Assembly (NCBI GenBank): GCA_964540205.1
Contig: CAZIMJ010000142.1
Span: 1 to 57,122, forward strand
DNA length: 57,122 bases
Origin: an uncultured Eubacteriales bacterium
Lineage (GTDB): Bacteria > Acidobacteriota > Aminicenantia > Aminicenantales > Aminicenantaceae
Direction: 5' to 3'
In this document: piece by piece, positions 8,990-18,768 of the stretch
Layout: every line of letters begins with the position of its first letter
Numbering within the stretch: the first letter of the stretch is position 1
Notes under the pieces: generated by a model
Seen by the model: the letters and a program-made list of their open reading frames with translations, nothing else
Databases searched by the model: none
What the model was told of the DNA's origin: nothing
Program-made: the position numbers and the translations under genes

Positions 8990-11686
8990 ATGGCAGAAGA
9001 CGTTATTTGTGGAATGGATGTCAACGAAAATGAGGCTGCGGGTGTGTCTGAGTATAGAGGCAAAAAATATTATTTTTGCTCGACAATGTGCAAAACAAAA
9101 TTCGATGCGAATCCAGAGCTTTACATTCAATCGGATGAAAGTAGTGATGATGATGCTGCTTCAGGAGATGATGTCAAAGAAGATGATGAAGGCGAATTAT
9201 CGCCGAAGACGGAAAGAGGGCCAGAGCCGAAGATCGATCTGTCATCATCCTTGGACAGGATCGACCTTCCGATTGTAGGGATGAGGTGTGCGGCCTGTGC
9301 ATCCACCATCGAGAAGGGGCTATCAAGCCTTGAAGGTGTCGAGAATGCAAACGTAAATCTGGCGACAAATAAGGCCACGATTTTTTACCACTCCAGGTTT
9401 CTCAATCCCGAAGATTTTATCGATTCCGTGAAGCAGAGCGGGTACGATGTGGGGACAGCTTCGGTGGAGATTCCCATCCAGGGCATTCAGTGTGCCTCCT
9501 GTGTCCAATCGATCGAGAAAACACTCCTAAGAACGAAAGGGATCACTAAAGCTGTTGTGAATCTGGCTACATCGAAGGCTAGAGTAGAGTACCTCCCCTC
9601 TGAGATCGGTCTCGCGGAGATCAAGAAAGCGATCGAGGACTCCGGATACAAAGTACTGGATCTTCCCAAGGACGAAGATATTGAAGACGTAGAAACGAAA
9701 GTCAGGCTAAAAGAATACCGTAATATAAAAAGAAGATTTTTTATTGGCGTACTCCTTGCAGTCGTAATATTTATTGGGAGCATGCCCCATCTGTTTCCGT
9801 GGGCGCCTGATTTTCTGAACAATTTTTTCCTGCTTTGGCTGTTGGCTACACCCGTTCAATTCGGGATCGGATGGCAATTTTATAAAGGAGCCTGGGGCGC
9901 ATTCAAACACAGAAATGCTGACATGAACACACTTATTGCAGTCGGGACTTCGGCTGCGTATGTGTACAGTGTTGTCGCAACCCTCTTTCCAAGTTTTTTT
10001 GATTCCGGTGGAATAAGACCTCAAGTTTATTTCGACACTTCGGCCATGATCATTATTCTTATCCTTTTTGGAAGGCTACTCGAAGCAAGGGCCAAAGCTC
10101 GCACATCAGACTCAATAAAAAAGCTTATGGGGCTTCAACCCAAAACTGCCCGAGTGAAAAGGAATGGGAAAGAAGTCGATGTCCCAATAAAAGATGTTGT
10201 GGTTGGAGACGAAATACTCGTCAGGCCGGGTGAAAGGATTCCTGTTGACGGTGTCGTCCTCGAGGGGAGGTCCACAGTGGATGAATCGATGATCAGTGGA
10301 GAGAGCAAGCCAGTGAAGAAAGAGCCGGGAGCAGAGGTCATCGGAGCCACTATAAATAAAACAGGAAGCTTTCGATTTAGAGCAACACGGGTAGGAAAGG
10401 AGACAGCTCTAGCTCAGATCATCCAGCTCGTTCAAGATGCTCAGGGCTCTAAGGCTCCGATCCAGAGGTTGGCTGATGTTATTGCCGGCTATTTCGTGCC
10501 CATCGTGATATCGATAGCCATAGCTACATTTATTGTCTGGTTCAACTTCGGACCAGAACCGGCATTGACCTTCTCCCTCCTTAATTTTGTGTCTGTGATG
10601 ATAATCGCCTGTCCATGTGCGTTGGGATTGGCCACTCCCACAGCTGTTATGGTCGGCACGGGCAAGGGGGCAGAAAACGGCGTGTTGATAAAAGGGGGGG
10701 AGAGCCTTGAGACGGCTCACAAGATCGACACCATAGTTTTCGACAAAACAGGGACTTTAACCAAGGGAGAACCTGAGGTCGTGGAAATCTTTACATTGGA
10801 CCCTTTCACAGAGGCAGATGTCTTGGCGTTTGCAGCCAGTGCTGAGAAGGCTTCAGAGCATCCTCTCGGTGAGGCCATTGTAAAAATGGCGGAGGAACGG
10901 GATATTCCGTTACAGAATCCCGAACAATTCGAAGCCATCGAAGGGCGTGGCATCACAGCGCATGTCTCAGGGGAAGATGTTCTAGTTGGAAATGCAGAGC
11001 TCATGAAAAGCCAGAACATAGAATGTAATAGCTTGATGGATGAAGCAGAAGAAGCTGCTCAAGAAGGAAAGACTCCTGTTTGTGTGGCTGTGAACGGAAA
11101 AGCTGCGGGGCTGCTTGCCATCACCGACCCCCTCAAGGATGATTCTGTAGAGGCTGTGGCCAAACTCAAGAAGATGGGTTTGGAAGTGGCCATGCTCACT
11201 GGGGATAATCGCAAAACAGCAGAAGCCGTCGCGCGAAAAGCAGGGATCGAAAAAGTTTTTTCTGAAGTTCTTCCACAGGATAAGGTGGAAGAGATCAAGA
11301 AGCTTCAAGCTGAGGGAAAAAAAGTTGCCATGGTGGGCGATGGGATTAATGATGCCCCGGCTCTTGTGCAGGCCGATGTGGGAATAGCCATAGGCTCTGG
11401 AACGGATGTGGCTATGGAAGCTTCGGATATCACGCTTATCAAGGAAAATTTGATTGGAGTTGTTTCTGCTGTGGAACTCAGTAAAAAGACCGTGAGAACG
11501 ATCAAGCAGAATCTGTTTTGGGCGTTTATCTACAACACGATAGGCATCCCGATCGCGGCCGGCATACTCTATCCATTTTTCGGAATTTTACTCAGTCCTA
11601 TAGTGGCTTCTGCGGCGATGGCTTTTAGCTCAGTGTCTGTTGTATCCAATTCGCTGCGGTTGAAGCGAGTCAAACTTTATGGTTAA
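8990..11686 (+). CDS. copA: copper-translocating P1B-type ATPase with an N-terminal YHS/TRASH domain and two HMA domains
   Basis: CGMDV...[12 protein letters not shown] (TRASH); [12 protein letters not shown] and [12 protein letters not shown] (HMA); CPC in the TM helix; DKTGTLT; GDGINDAP. Confidence 0.95.
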   Translation: MAEDVICGMDVNENEAAGVSEYRGKKYYFCSTMCKTKFDANPELYIQSDESSDDDAASGDDVKEDDEGELSPKTERGPEPKIDLSSSLDRIDLPIVGMRCAACASTIEKGLSSLEGVENANVNLATNKATIFYHSRFLNPEDFIDSVKQSGYDVGTASVEIPIQGIQCASCVQSIEKTLLRTKGITKAVVNLATSKARVEYLPSEIGLAEIKKAIEDSGYKVLDLPKDEDIEDVETKVRLKEYRNIKRRFFIGVLLAVVIFIGSMPHLFPWAPDFLNNFFLLWLLATPVQFGIGWQFYKGAWGAFKHRNADMNTLIAVGTSAAYVYSVVATLFPSFFDSGGIRPQVYFDTSAMIIILILFGRLLEARAKARTSDSIKKLMGLQPKTARVKRNGKEVDVPIKDVVVGDEILVRPGERIPVDGVVLEGRSTVDESMISGESKPVKKEPGAEVIGATINKTGSFRFRATRVGKETALAQIIQLVQDAQGSKAPIQRLADVIAGYFVPIVISIAIATFIVWFNFGPEPALTFSLLNFVSVMIIACPCALGLATPTAVMVGTGKGAENGVLIKGGESLETAHKIDTIVFDKTGTLTKGEPEVVEIFTLDPFTEADVLAFAASAEKASEHPLGEAIVKMAEERDIPLQNPEQFEAIEGRGITAHVSGEDVLVGNAELMKSQNIECNSLMDEAEEAAQEGKTPVCVAVNGKAAGLLAITDPLKDDSVEAVAKLKKMGLEVAMLTGDNRKTAEAVARKAGIEKVFSEVLPQDKVEEIKKLQAEGKKVAMVGDGINDAPALVQADVGIAIGSGTDVAMEASDITLIKENLIGVVSAVELSKKTVRTIKQNLFWAFIYNTIGIPIAAGILYPFFGILLSPIVASAAMAFSSVSVVSNSLRLKRVKLYG

Positions 11687-11716
11687 ACCGGGTAAATAAA
11701 AGAGCGAGGAAATAAA

Positions 11717-11809
11717 ATGACAGGAAAATTGATCGTTACGATCGTTGGAATTTTACTCATAATTTTTGTGAATTGGTACTTTTTGTTTGGAAATAAAAAA
11801 ACAATGTAG
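11717..11809 (+). CDS. unannotated 30-aa single-TM peptide downstream of copA (hypothetical)
   Basis: ATG 11717 is preceded by GAGGA at 7-nt spacing. Product is MTGKLIVTIVGILLIIFVNWYFLFGNKKTM, one hydrophobic helix. It falls below the ORF-track length cutoff. Confidence 0.4.
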   Translation: MTGKLIVTIVGILLIIFVNWYFLFGNKKTM

Positions 11810-11832
11810 GGTCGGCTCCCCGAGCGGACCGA
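11805..11832 (+). repeat. stop-codon-overlapping hairpin repeat, copy A
   Basis: TGTAGGGTCGGCTCCCCGAGCGGACCGA. Stem 11810-11818 / 11822-11830 (8 of 9 bp), loop CCC. A 28-nt homologue lies at 17950-17977. Confidence 0.6.
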
Positions 11833-11874
11833 TAAACAATACGAATGTTCGTAAAGAACAAAAAGGTGAGAACA

Positions 11875-13146
11875 ATGAAAGCGAAGATTACACTAATCTT
11901 AGTTATCCTAATGACAATAGGTTCAGGATTATCGTTTCCTCAAGAAAAGCCAGATGAAGCAGAAGTCGTCCTGGCTGATTTAATCAAGGAAGCGCTGGAG
12001 AATAATCCTCAGGTCAAAGCCACCCATGAGGAATGGCAGGCCTCCCTGGAGCAAATCTCTCAGGCCAAGGCATTCCCCGATCCGATGTTAAGCTTTGCTC
12101 ATTTTGGCCAGAGTATTGAGACAAGGCTAGGCCCTCAGCGGAACAAGATCTCTCTCTCTCAAAAGATCCCCTTCTTCGGAAAGCTTTCTATCAAAGAGAA
12201 CATCGCTAGAGAGAATTCTTCGATATTTGAAGTCCAGCAAACAAGAGTTTCGGCTGACCTTATCCTTCAGGTGAAAGAGGCCTTTTTTTCCCTGTATTGG
12301 TTTGAAAAGGCGATCGACCTCAGAAACCAAGAAAAGGATGTTCTGGGGCGTTTAGCAAAAATCGCGCTAAAAAAGTATGAGACCGGCCTCGCCAGTCAGC
12401 AGGATGTTCTCAAAGCTCACCTCGAGATTTCTCGGTTATCTGAGAGGATTTTGACGCTGAAACAGGGAAAAAAGGCGATCGAAGCCAAACTCAATGCACT
12501 CTTGAACAGACCCACGGCTTCAACTTTTGGGCGGATTGGGGAAGTTAGAGATCCGCATTTGATACTCAGTCTGTCAGAACTCTATGAATTGGCCAGGGAT
12601 GGTCGACCCGAGCTCAAACAGGCACAACACTTCATCATAAAGAGTGAAAAGAGTATCGAGTTGGCGAAAAAAAACAACTGGCCTGATTTCACGCTAATGT
12701 TCGAGTACTTTGATATCGGTGTGGGTGCAACCTCGCATCCCGAAGACGGACGCAATGCCTGGTTGGGGGCTATAGGAATTAACATTCCCATCTGGAGAGG
12801 AAAATATAAGTCCGCAGAGGCCGAAGCGGCCATCAGATTGACAGCGAGTCAAAAGCGATTCGAGGATGTAAAGAATGACACAGCCGCACGAGTCAATGAG
12901 TACTATCAAGAGATCAAGACGTACGAAGACCAGCTTGCCCTGTATAAACACTCTTTGATTCCTCAAGCAGAACAGACATTAAAAGCTTCGGAGGTTGGAT
13001 ACATTTCCGGTAAGGTTGATTTTCTCAACCTGCTTGAAAGCGAAAGAATGATCCTTCAGATAAAGACAGGCTATTTTAAGAACCTGAGCGATTCCAGGAA
13101 AAGTTTGGCTCGGCTGGAAAGGCTTGTCGGACAGGATCTAACCTGA
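11875..13146 (+). CDS. TolC-family outer membrane efflux protein (CusC-like)
   Basis: Signal peptide MKAKITLILVILMTIGSG. Length and coiled-coil/beta repeats fit outer membrane factor proteins. Immediately upstream of the cusB/cusA-like genes. ATG 11875 follows AAGGTGAG. Confidence 0.85.
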   Translation: MKAKITLILVILMTIGSGLSFPQEKPDEAEVVLADLIKEALENNPQVKATHEEWQASLEQISQAKAFPDPMLSFAHFGQSIETRLGPQRNKISLSQKIPFFGKLSIKENIARENSSIFEVQQTRVSADLILQVKEAFFSLYWFEKAIDLRNQEKDVLGRLAKIALKKYETGLASQQDVLKAHLEISRLSERILTLKQGKKAIEAKLNALLNRPTASTFGRIGEVRDPHLILSLSELYELARDGRPELKQAQHFIIKSEKSIELAKKNNWPDFTLMFEYFDIGVGATSHPEDGRNAWLGAIGINIPIWRGKYKSAEAEAAIRLTASQKRFEDVKNDTAARVNEYYQEIKTYEDQLALYKHSLIPQAEQTLKASEVGYISGKVDFLNLLESERMILQIKTGYFKNLSDSRKSLARLERLVGQDLT

Positions 13147-13207
13147 ACTATTCATAAAACAGGTGAATCAATATAAATTACAACTCTGATTTAAAGGAGG
13201 TTACAGA

Positions 13208-14740
13208 ATGAGAACACATCGAAATATTTTGATCATTACACTGGGATTGCTTTTTATTGGGGGCAGCTTCTCAATTTTTTCCTGCAAGAAGGCAGAGCAT
13301 GTCCAGGAGGATACAGCTATGGCCAAACAGCAAGAGGCTGCGGAAAAGGAGATCCTATACTATACCTGTGGCATGCATCCCAGCGTGCGTGTTAAACCTG
13401 AGGATTATGAGGCTGGAAACAACAAGTGCCCGATATGCAACATGGATCTAGTTCCGGTGTATAAGGAGGATGATACTGCCAAAGACAAAACCGCAACAGA
13501 GCATGAAGAACATGGCCAGGCAGGGATCGAGGCTCAATTAAAGCTGAGTGCAAGAGCACAAACTTTGGCACAGGTGAAAACGGAAAACATCGAATTTCGA
13601 CATCTCATGAAGGAGATCTCGACCGTTGGTCAAATGGATTATGATGAACGAAATGTGGCATATGTTGCAGCCTGGATTCCAGGCCGGATCGATAAGCTCT
13701 TCGTTAATTTCACGGGAGATCAAGTCAAAAAGAGTGATCCTCTTATCCAAATTTATAGTCCGAATCTTGTGACGACCCAGGAGGAATATCTCCTGGCCTT
13801 AGAAACATTGGAACGCGTCAAAGAAAGCCCGGATCCTCAAACGATAAAAGGAGCAGAGTCGCTGGTCGAATCCGCAAGGCAGAGGCTTCTTCTCTGGGGA
13901 ATCAGTGAAACACGGGTCGATGAACTGAGATCGAATAGGAGAGCAAGCACTCATGTGATCATTCCTGCTCCCATCGGGGGGACTGTTATTCATAAGAATG
14001 CCTTTGAAGGAAAGTATGTAAAAGAAGGGGAGAATCTCTATCAGATTGCTGATCTTTCACATCTCTGGATGCAAGCGGATATCTATGAGAGCGATCTGGC
14101 AAGAATCCAATTGGGACAGTCTGTGATCATCCATACGCAGGCTTATCCTGATGAGGTATTCAAGGGAACAATTGCTTTTCTCGACCCTTATTTGGACCCA
14201 AAAACACGTACAGTCAAGGTCCGCGTTGATGTGCCCAATCCAGGATCTCGGCTTAAGCCGGGAATGTTTGTTGATGCTTACATCAGCGTTTTTATCCATG
14301 AAGGGATTAGGGCGACAGACAACGTGATCTATACCTGCCCCATGCATCCAGAAATTATCACGGAGAATCCAGGGGATTGTCCCATCTGTGGGATGGAACT
14401 TATTCAGAAAGAGCAAGCACCCGCAGGGACCGTTCTTGCGATCCCCAAGAGTGCAGTTCTGGATACGGGGGTGAGGAAAGTTGTCTACATAGAAAAGGAG
14501 GTGGGGGTGTATATCCCCCGGGAAGTTGAGATCGGGCCCGAAGCTACAGGCGTTGTCGATGGTCAAAAGCAGAGATTTTATAGTGTTCTCGCCGGCTTGA
14601 CAGAGGGAATGAAGGTTGTCACTCATGCGAACTTTCTGATCGATTCTCAGAGCCAGATATCGGGTCAAGCGGAGGCTGTCTACAGCGGGGCTCTGAAGAG
14701 GGGAGAGGAGAAAAAACCTCCCTCTAAACACATCCATTGA
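13208..14740 (+). CDS. cusB: efflux RND periplasmic adaptor (CusB-like) carrying two HMBD metal-binding modules
   Basis: Membrane-fusion protein core (PAPIGGTVI..., LWMQADIYE). YYTCGMHPSV..CPICNMDL near the N-terminus and YTCPMHPEI..CPICGMEL inserted near the C-terminus. Confidence 0.9.
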   Translation: MRTHRNILIITLGLLFIGGSFSIFSCKKAEHVQEDTAMAKQQEAAEKEILYYTCGMHPSVRVKPEDYEAGNNKCPICNMDLVPVYKEDDTAKDKTATEHEEHGQAGIEAQLKLSARAQTLAQVKTENIEFRHLMKEISTVGQMDYDERNVAYVAAWIPGRIDKLFVNFTGDQVKKSDPLIQIYSPNLVTTQEEYLLALETLERVKESPDPQTIKGAESLVESARQRLLLWGISETRVDELRSNRRASTHVIIPAPIGGTVIHKNAFEGKYVKEGENLYQIADLSHLWMQADIYESDLARIQLGQSVIIHTQAYPDEVFKGTIAFLDPYLDPKTRTVKVRVDVPNPGSRLKPGMFVDAYISVFIHEGIRATDNVIYTCPMHPEIITENPGDCPICGMELIQKEQAPAGTVLAIPKSAVLDTGVRKVVYIEKEVGVYIPREVEIGPEATGVVDGQKQRFYSVLAGLTEGMKVVTHANFLIDSQSQISGQAEAVYSGALKRGEEKKPPSKHIH

Positions 14741-14801
14741 GATGGGCGATCCAAACAATTCCGTGTTTGTTTGGGATTAATATTGTATTCAGGAGAAGCC
14801 G

Positions 14802-17800
14802 ATGATCGATAAAATTATAGAATATTCTCTAAAGAATAAGTTTCTCATACTGGCCGCGTTTGTTCTGTTGATCGGATGGGGATACTGGGCCTTGGATAAC
14901 ACTCCCATAGATGCGATACCCGATATTGGTGAAAACCAGCAGATCGTGTATGTGGACTGGCCGGGAAGGAGTCCGAAAGATATCGAAGACCAGGTGGTCT
15001 ATCCTCTTTCCGTCAGATTGATGGGTATTCCAGGGGCAAAGGTGATCCGTACGAATTCAATGTTCTCCTTCGGGATGATCAATGTCATTTTTGAAGAGGG
15101 CGTTGATTTTTACTGGTCCAGGACACGAATCCTGGAACGATTGAATCTGGCCCAACAGGACATGCCAGAAGGAGTCATCCCGCAGTTGGGTCCCGATGCG
15201 ACCGCCCTCGGTCAGATATTCTGGTATACGGTGGAAAATGGCTATTATTGCCCCGATCACCCCAAGGAGAGGTATTCGGATCCCGGTTTATGTCCGGAGG
15301 ATGGGCAGGACCTCATCCTTTCTGATTACAATCTGGGTGAATTACGGTCGATACAGGATTGGTATGTCCGGTATCAATTGACTTCAGCCAGAGGGGTTTC
15401 TGAAGCTGCGTCGGTGGGCGGTTTTGTAAAGCAGTACCAGATCGATGTCGACCCGAATAAGCTGCTGGCTTACGGTGTAAATCTCCATTCTCTTTTTTCC
15501 GCTGTCCGTGACAGCAACATCGATGTGGGAGCCAAAGTCATCGAGGAAGGTGGGATGGAATTTATTGTCCGGGGTGTGGGTTTTATTAAATCCATAGAGG
15601 ATATCGAAAACATTGTCATTGGAGCTCACAACGGTGTCCCTGTGTATGTGAAGCACATAGGAAATGTGACCGTTGGCCCGGAATTTCGTAGAAATGGCCT
15701 GGATAAGGAAGGGGCCGAGGTAACTGGTGGTGTTATTTTGATGCGGTATGGGGAAAATACTCTAAGAGTGATCGAGGCAGTCAAAGCCAAGATCGCAGAA
15801 ATCACCCCCGGTCTGCCTCCCGGCGTTCAAATTGTTCCGTTTTATGACCGGACTGAACTCATCAATCGTGCGACCGATAATTTGAAAGAAACGTTGATCC
15901 AGGAAATTATTGTCGCCGTCATTGTCATCCTGATATTTCTCGCTCATTTCCGCAGCAGCATAATCGTCTCCATCATCCTTCCTGTGGGCGTGTTGATCTC
16001 TTTTCTCGTCATGTACTACTTGAAAATTCCTTCGAATATCATGTCCCTTGGAGGGATCGCCATCGCTATCGGGGTCATGGTGGATGCGGGAATTGTGATG
16101 ACAGAGAACATATCGCGGCATCTGGCTGAGTCTGAGGAACGGAAGCTGGAAACAGTGATCGCTGCCTCTAAGGAGGTCGGTTCAGCCATCTTTTTTGCCA
16201 TACTGATCATCGTGATCGCTTTTATTCCTGTTTTTTCACTGAAGGGGCAAGCCGGTAAATTGTTTTCTCCTCTGGCGTTCACAAAAACATTTGCCATGCT
16301 GGGTTCGGCGCTCCTTGCCATAACGCTCATCCCAGTTCTCAGCGCACTTTTGCTGAGAGGAAAGATCAGGTCACCTGAGAGAAATATCGTAAGCCGGTTA
16401 TTGATCCGCCTTTATGAACCTGTGCTCCGGTTTTCTTTGAAGCACAAGATCGTCGTTTTCCTGATCGCGCTTCTGATCCTCGCCAGTGCTTTTGTTCCTC
16501 TTCGGTCCATCAAGAGTGAATTCATGCCCCCATTGAATGAGGGAGATCTGTTGTTCATGCCTGTTCTCTTGCCCGGCGCATCCCTCACACAAGTGATGGA
16601 AGTGATGAAGAAACAGGATGTGATCCTGCAGTCCTTTCCCGAGGTCGAGCTTGTCGTTGGAAAATTGGGAAGAGCAGAGACGCCCACCGATCCTGCTCCG
16701 GTGGGCATGATTGAAACCATAGTGAAATTGAAACCGGAAAAACTCTGGAGAGAGGGAATGACCCGGCAGAAACTGATCAACGCAATGGATAAGGCACTTA
16801 AAATCCCCGGGGTGAGTAACATATGGACACAGCCTATCCGAAACCGCATTGACATGCTGGCCACTGGTATCCAAACACCCGTGGGAGTTAAGGTATTCGG
16901 GGAAGATTTGAAGATCATCGAGAATATCGGGATCCAGGTCGAAAATATCGTTAGAGATATTCCGGGTGCAAGAAATCCATATGCGGAGAGAATCGGTAAC
17001 AAACCCTATATTGAGATAGAAATCGATAGAGAGAAAGCGGCCCGTTATGGCGTGAGAGTTGCAGATATTCAACATCTTATTATGACAGCCATCGGTGGTA
17101 TGAATATCACAACCACGGTTGAAGGGAGGGAACGATATCCGATCCGTGTCCGTTATCCTCGAGAACAAAGGGACAGCTTAGACAGCTTAGAAAGGGTATC
17201 TGTCCCGACGCCCAGTGGTGCGCAAGTTCCACTCAGTCAGGTCGCCTCTGTCAAGAAGGTGGAAGGACCGGCAAAAATTTCCGGTGAAAACACGCTTCCT
17301 TACGTGCGTGTGTTCATCGATGTAAACACCGATGAGGTGGGTGTTGTCGATTTTGTCCGACAGGCCCAGAGGATCGTTAGCGAGAAGATCGATCTGCCTT
17401 CGGGTTATTACATTTCGTGGAGTGGACAGTATGAGTATGAGATACAGGCAAGGAACCGTTTGATGGTGGTTGTTCCCATCTGTGTCTTTGTCATCTTTCT
17501 CCTGCTCTACATCAAATTCAATCGATTTTCCGCGGCTCTGCTTCTCATCCTGTCTTTGCCCTTTGCCTTTGTGGGGGGGATTTGGCTTCAGTATTTCCTT
17601 GGATTTAAGTTCAGCACAGCTGTTTGGGTGGGATATATCGCTCTGTTCGGTGTCGCCGTAGAGGATGGAGTTGTGATGGTGGATTTTTTAATCAAGTCTG
17701 TGAAAAAAGGGAGCCGCACCGCAGAAGACATCGTACAGGCTGGGTTGTTGAGAGTACGGCCTATTGTAATGACAACGGCGACGACGATATTGGCCCTTAT

Positions 17801-17954
17801 TCCCATCTTACTGAGCACTGGAGCAGGCTCCGAGATTATGAAACCCATCGCGACACCCACTGTGGGCGGCATGGTCACCGCAACACTATTGAACTTGATC
17901 CTCGTCCCCGTTTTGTTTGCATGGACCACGAAAACATCCAACTCTAATGTGTAG
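14802..17954 (+). CDS. cusA: CusA/CzcA-family heavy-metal efflux RND permease
   Basis: 1050 aa, 12-TM RND architecture, CusA-like N-terminus (IIEYSLKNKFLIL..), conserved GGIAIAIGVMVDAGIVM. Confidence 0.95.
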   Translation: MIDKIIEYSLKNKFLILAAFVLLIGWGYWALDNTPIDAIPDIGENQQIVYVDWPGRSPKDIEDQVVYPLSVRLMGIPGAKVIRTNSMFSFGMINVIFEEGVDFYWSRTRILERLNLAQQDMPEGVIPQLGPDATALGQIFWYTVENGYYCPDHPKERYSDPGLCPEDGQDLILSDYNLGELRSIQDWYVRYQLTSARGVSEAASVGGFVKQYQIDVDPNKLLAYGVNLHSLFSAVRDSNIDVGAKVIEEGGMEFIVRGVGFIKSIEDIENIVIGAHNGVPVYVKHIGNVTVGPEFRRNGLDKEGAEVTGGVILMRYGENTLRVIEAVKAKIAEITPGLPPGVQIVPFYDRTELINRATDNLKETLIQEIIVAVIVILIFLAHFRSSIIVSIILPVGVLISFLVMYYLKIPSNIMSLGGIAIAIGVMVDAGIVMTENISRHLAESEERKLETVIAASKEVGSAIFFAILIIVIAFIPVFSLKGQAGKLFSPLAFTKTFAMLGSALLAITLIPVLSALLLRGKIRSPERNIVSRLLIRLYEPVLRFSLKHKIVVFLIALLILASAFVPLRSIKSEFMPPLNEGDLLFMPVLLPGASLTQVMEVMKKQDVILQSFPEVELVVGKLGRAETPTDPAPVGMIETIVKLKPEKLWREGMTRQKLINAMDKALKIPGVSNIWTQPIRNRIDMLATGIQTPVGVKVFGEDLKIIENIGIQVENIVRDIPGARNPYAERIGNKPYIEIEIDREKAARYGVRVADIQHLIMTAIGGMNITTTVEGRERYPIRVRYPREQRDSLDSLERVSVPTPSGAQVPLSQVASVKKVEGPAKISGENTLPYVRVFIDVNTDEVGVVDFVRQAQRIVSEKIDLPSGYYISWSGQYEYEIQARNRLMVVVPICVFVIFLLLYIKFNRFSAALLLILSLPFAFVGGIWLQYFLGFKFSTAVWVGYIALFGVAVEDGVVMVDFLIKSVKKGSRTAEDIVQAGLLRVRPIVMTTATTILALIPILLSTGAGSEIMKPIATPTVGGMVTATLLNLILVPVLFAWTTKTSNSNV

Positions 17955-17977
17955 GGTCCATTCCCCGAATGGACCGA
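17950..17977 (+). repeat. stop-codon-overlapping hairpin repeat, copy B
   Basis: TGTAGGGTCCATTCCCCGAATGGACCGA. Perfect 9-bp stem 17955-17963 / 17967-17975, loop CCC. The cusA TAG stop sits at the same offset as the stop in copy A. Confidence 0.6.
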
Positions 17978-18071
17978 GGGCTGATGTCAAGGTGGTGTCT
18001 CTTCGATGTTGTGGAGTGATAGTTGCTTAGATGTCGCTAGATCCTTCTATTCTTAAGATCATCAGATGCGA

Positions 18072-18626
18072 TCAATACACATCTACTCGAATGAGCTGGA
18101 ATTTTCCATCCAGAATATTGTGGAGCTTTCCATCCTCGTCGAGCAGTTTTCCATAGAACGTCCCTTTGACGAGTGAGTCTGGAGGGCCGAATTCATCAAT
18201 GGTGATAGAGAAATTCAGAATATCCTCTCCACTATCAAGGCTCGCAAGAAAATTCTTTATAGCTTTTTTTGACTTTTCATCCTCCTGAATCAACAAACAC
18301 CAGGACACATATACGGGGATGACATCTGATGACTGGTCCTGAATTGTTCCGATAAAAGTTTCACCCTGTTTAAAAAGCTCGAGCGTGATTCCACTCTCAC
18401 AATTTTGATACCTCGGGAAATGATCCGCGCCTAAATCGGCTTTGAATGCTTTAGTGCCCTCAATGTGGATGTACTGCTCATCGGGGTGAAACTCTAACTT
18501 AACATCCGTGAGATGAAATTCTGTACTGTCAACCTTGTAAGAAATAAATTCTTCAACTTGTGCACGAATCATTTGAGGGATACAAAGAAACATAAAAAAC
18601 AAAAAGATAAAGAGTCCTTTTTTCAT
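18072..18626 (-). CDS. hypothetical secreted protein
   Basis: Signal peptide MKKGLFIFLFFMFLCIPQMIRAQ and a GGAGAGGAA RBS. No family recognised. Confidence 0.6.
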   Translation of the reverse strand: MKKGLFIFLFFMFLCIPQMIRAQVEEFISYKVDSTEFHLTDVKLEFHPDEQYIHIEGTKAFKADLGADHFPRYQNCESGITLELFKQGETFIGTIQDQSSDVIPVYVSWCLLIQEDEKSKKAIKNFLASLDSGEDILNFSITIDEFGPPDSLVKGTFYGKLLDEDGKLHNILDGKFQLIRVDVY

Positions 18627-18768
18627 TTCCTCTCCTTTTTGCTGAATAACTGATTCTGTTAGATATTACTTCACATTTCTTTTTCAATCAAATAATAATT
18701 GACAAATACTACCAATATTATAAAATATATAGAGAATATTAATTTTTGATAAACTAAAGGAGATATTT

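Noticed and set aside
16398-17168. 256-aa and 196-aa minus-strand ORFs inside cusA, and the 233-aa ORF 14057..14758 inside cusB
   Set aside because: They are antisense to strongly supported RND and adaptor genes and match no recognisable family. Such long antisense frames are typical of coding regions.
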